NCBI GenBank assembly: GCA_964057225.1
Contig: OZ059898.1
Coordinates: forward strand, 15,996,001-16,060,000
Length of the DNA stretch: 64,000 nt
From: Auanema rhodensis
Taxonomy: Eukaryota > Animalia > Nematoda
Direction of reading: 5' to 3'
Part shown: piece after piece, positions 61,212-64,000 of the stretch
Numbering within the stretch: the stretch's first letter is position 1
Layout of the letters: each line of letters begins with the position of its first letter
The notes under the pieces: model-generated
Database searches by the model: none
What the model was told of the DNA's origin: nothing
The model's input: the letters and a program-made list of their open reading frames with translations, nothing else
Translations under genes and position numbers: made by a program

Positions 61212-64000
61212 ATGAATATGGGAATTAGATGGTTGACCATACTCAGCTGTATATTAGTGTTTCCAGAGGTTTCTTTATTAACTTTTTCTTCGCTTAATTT
61301 TCAAACTAGTATTATAAATATATATTGTTTGTTCAGATTATAACTTGTGTTTGTCCACCAGGTACAGTCGGAGATAATTGCGAAAATGGTAAATTTTTTA
61401 AAATATTTTTTCAATTTTGAGGTTTATGTCTTCATTGTAATTGATTTATATGGTTTTTCTCCTTCTTCTTCACATTAACTTCACATCATTATGAATATTT
61501 CGGTTGATGACTTTTAATCTTCTTAGTTATACAATCCAAGAAAATATTCAAAACATATTTTCTCAAAAACATACCATTCATTGTCAAGCAAAACAATTTT
61601 TTTCATAATTAAAGTACTGTGTGACAAGTACTATGAGCCAATATCTCATTTCGGAACAGATAACTATGGAGAATTAATTTTTTTGGACACAAGGTAAAAG
61701 ACTTGAAATATAAATAATCAAATAAAAGTTTTTTATTCAGTGAAGCGTGTGATGAATTCAAATTAGATTTGGATGGGTATTTGGAAGATATTTTCATCTG
61801 GATTTCATTCACTGATTCAAAAGCTAATCCACAACTTGAAATGCATAGTGTTGATGAGGGTCAAATTAAAAAATGTTTCGTATAAAAATTAAAATTTTTG
61901 TAGGTCGAGTCATAGATTCCTGTGATGATAATGCAATTTCTGATAAAGAACGTTTACAGAAATATTGTAATCCAAATCATTCACTACGAGGTTCATATAT
62001 CGTTAAGGTTAAGTCAGATACACAAGGGTACTATTATATTACTGTTAGTTATACAATATATTTTTATTTTAACTTATTAAGATCATGTGTCTTACAAGTG
62101 AGGGGACAAACTTTATTAGTTGCTGATGGAGGCTTTGTTGCTGACCCTCATGACGATCATTTACAATATTTTAGTAAAATTCTTCCGAACGAAGGAATTT
62201 CCAAATTTCCTGAAGCTGTAAATGAATTAAAATATCACATATCTTCATATCTTTTTACAGGATATACCAGCATATTTTGCTTTTGCTGTTAAGGACGAAA
62301 TATTTCCAACTCAACCTCTGAGTGTAAACTTCTATAGAGGGAATGAGTTACAACATCATTCAGTATTGAAAACTAGGTTATTACAGTTGTATACCAGATT
62401 ATCAGTAAATTAAGTCATTTATTAGATATGGATGTGGTTTTCCACATATTACAAATGATTCATTTACATGTTCAGATACTACATCAACATATTATGCTCA
62501 AATAATTGGTTTGTTTCATATTAATTTGATTTTAAATTTCTATATATTTATATTTAAGGTATTGAAAGCAATGGTTATAAATGGAATCGAATTTATAAAT
62601 TTGGTTGCGAATCATTAACAACTCCTCCACCTACAGGTAGTTTCCATTTACTAATACGATAACATTTAATTCTTATCTCTTATAATCCTTGTTATCTTAT
62701 TAAGCTTCTGATACTCCACCCGTTATTTTGGAATGTTTCAATAACGGAACATTAGTTGATAATGTATGTAAATATAATTATAATTAGTTATTTCATTAAT
62801 TAATAGGTTTGTGAATGTACAAAATATTTCGAAGGAAACAATTGTGAATGGCCAAATTGTTTGAATGGGGGAACATTGAATCAAGGCAATGAACAATGCT
62901 ACTGTGCTATAGGTTATTCGGGAACTCATTGTGAAACTGGTGACTTGTTCAAGTTAAAACTCAAAGAAAAAAACTTTAATATTTGTAGTTAAATGTACGG
63001 AACAATCAACTGACACGTTTGAAGATAATTTCAAAATTCTAGCATTTGTTATTCGTTCCTCACGAAGTATGGCTTCACAGATTTCCCAGGTACTTCAATC
63101 AAATGGTCAACGCTTTTTGTTTCAATATCTAAACAATATATAGATTTTACAAGCAGCCAATCTAATATCAAACTTATATGAAACGGAATATCCTAATTAT
63201 ATCAATCAATATGTTTTAACAATTGTTTCTAAACAAGGTTTACTTGACTAGAAAGAGCTTAAAATAAATTTAAATTCAGACGTTCAATCATCAGAAATAT
63301 ATTATAATTCAAATAATTTTGTCCAAGCTATTCAAAATATAACTTTTCCTGATGATGATGATGGTTGTGATGATGCATTATTTGCTGGAATTGAACAAAC
63401 GTTGGATAATCCGGCGTTTCTTAAATATCAAGTAAACTTATTATTCATTTAAAAATATTTTCAATATATAACATAAGAATTCACCTATTTTTGTCTTCAC
63501 TGATGGAACAGCAAGTGATTCTCTAATTTCTGAACAGTATGTTCTTCAACAATCTAGCGACACACGTGCTCAGGTATCAGTATACAGCAATTTATATTAT
63601 TATTATATTCTTTTTAATAGATTTTCTTTATTCTTTCTGAGTCATCATCAGAAAACTGTTTTATTCGTATAACTGATAATCAGTATCTCAGCATGTTTAC
63701 ATTAGCTGGATTTACACAAGGATTAGCCATCAAAACTGATTCTAACTCTCTAGCTAACGTAAGGAAAGAATAAAGAAAATGCCCCAAAGTTTATATTTTA
63801 GACAACATATTCAATTGCTTCCATTCTTTATCGTTCTTCTTCTATTATTTCAAACGATTTCCCTGATTGTCACTCAAAATCAACAATAGATTCATTCTAT
63901 ATCGATGCTAGTGCTACATCTTTCTATATTGCCGCAACTGGAGGTATTTATTTCTAATATAATTAAAAATTAGAAACATATATTGTTTAAGACAAATTAT
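61212..64000 (+). CDS. Multi-exon secreted protein with EGF-like, MD-type and vWA domains (nematode irg-7-like family); 3' end outside the window
   Basis: Hand-spliced GT-AG exons 61212-61268 (MNMGIRWLTILSCILVFPE, signal-like), 61337-61388 (IITCVCPPGTVGDNCEN), 61615-61693 and 61741-61859 join in frame. Later exons give CVLQVRGQT..GGFVADPHDD, RYGCGF, CECTKYFEGNNCEWPNCLNGG..CYCAIGYSGTHCE, LAFVIRSSRSM and SPIFVFTDG. Most introns are about 45-70 bp. Family assignment is from motif recall. Confidence 0.8.

Noticed and set aside
61873-62292. 139-aa ORF as a stand-alone gene
   Set aside because: It reads through exons and short introns of the spliced EGF/vWA gene.

Overview
Eukaryotic DNA, very probably from a rhabditid nematode (inferred from the tRNA-Trp sequence, the Cer/Atlas-type retroelement and a gene with very short introns). 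Positions 1-60950 are a head-to-tail array of about 143 tRNA-Trp genes (manual count), all on the minus strand. Each unit is a 123-bp core (72-nt tRNA, T5 Pol III terminator, 5' flank) plus 1-10 copies of a 60-bp spacer subrepeat, and units group into local higher-order repeats of about 1-2.4 kb. Four copies have a UCA (opal-reading) anticodon: one is otherwise intact and three also have a D-arm lesion. Three LTR-element insertions interrupt the array and none breaks a tRNA. Two are related non-autonomous elements with unusual CG...CG LTR ends and 4-bp TSDs (1800-5090, 18259-20171). The third is a three-LTR tandem dimer of an intact BEL/Pao element with a phlebovirus-like envelope (25201-41451), inserted at a tRNA 5' end. 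The array ends in a degenerate unit at about 60950. A multi-exon secreted EGF/vWA (irg-7-like) gene starts at 61212 and runs off the window. The hundreds of short ORFs over the array are translation artefacts.
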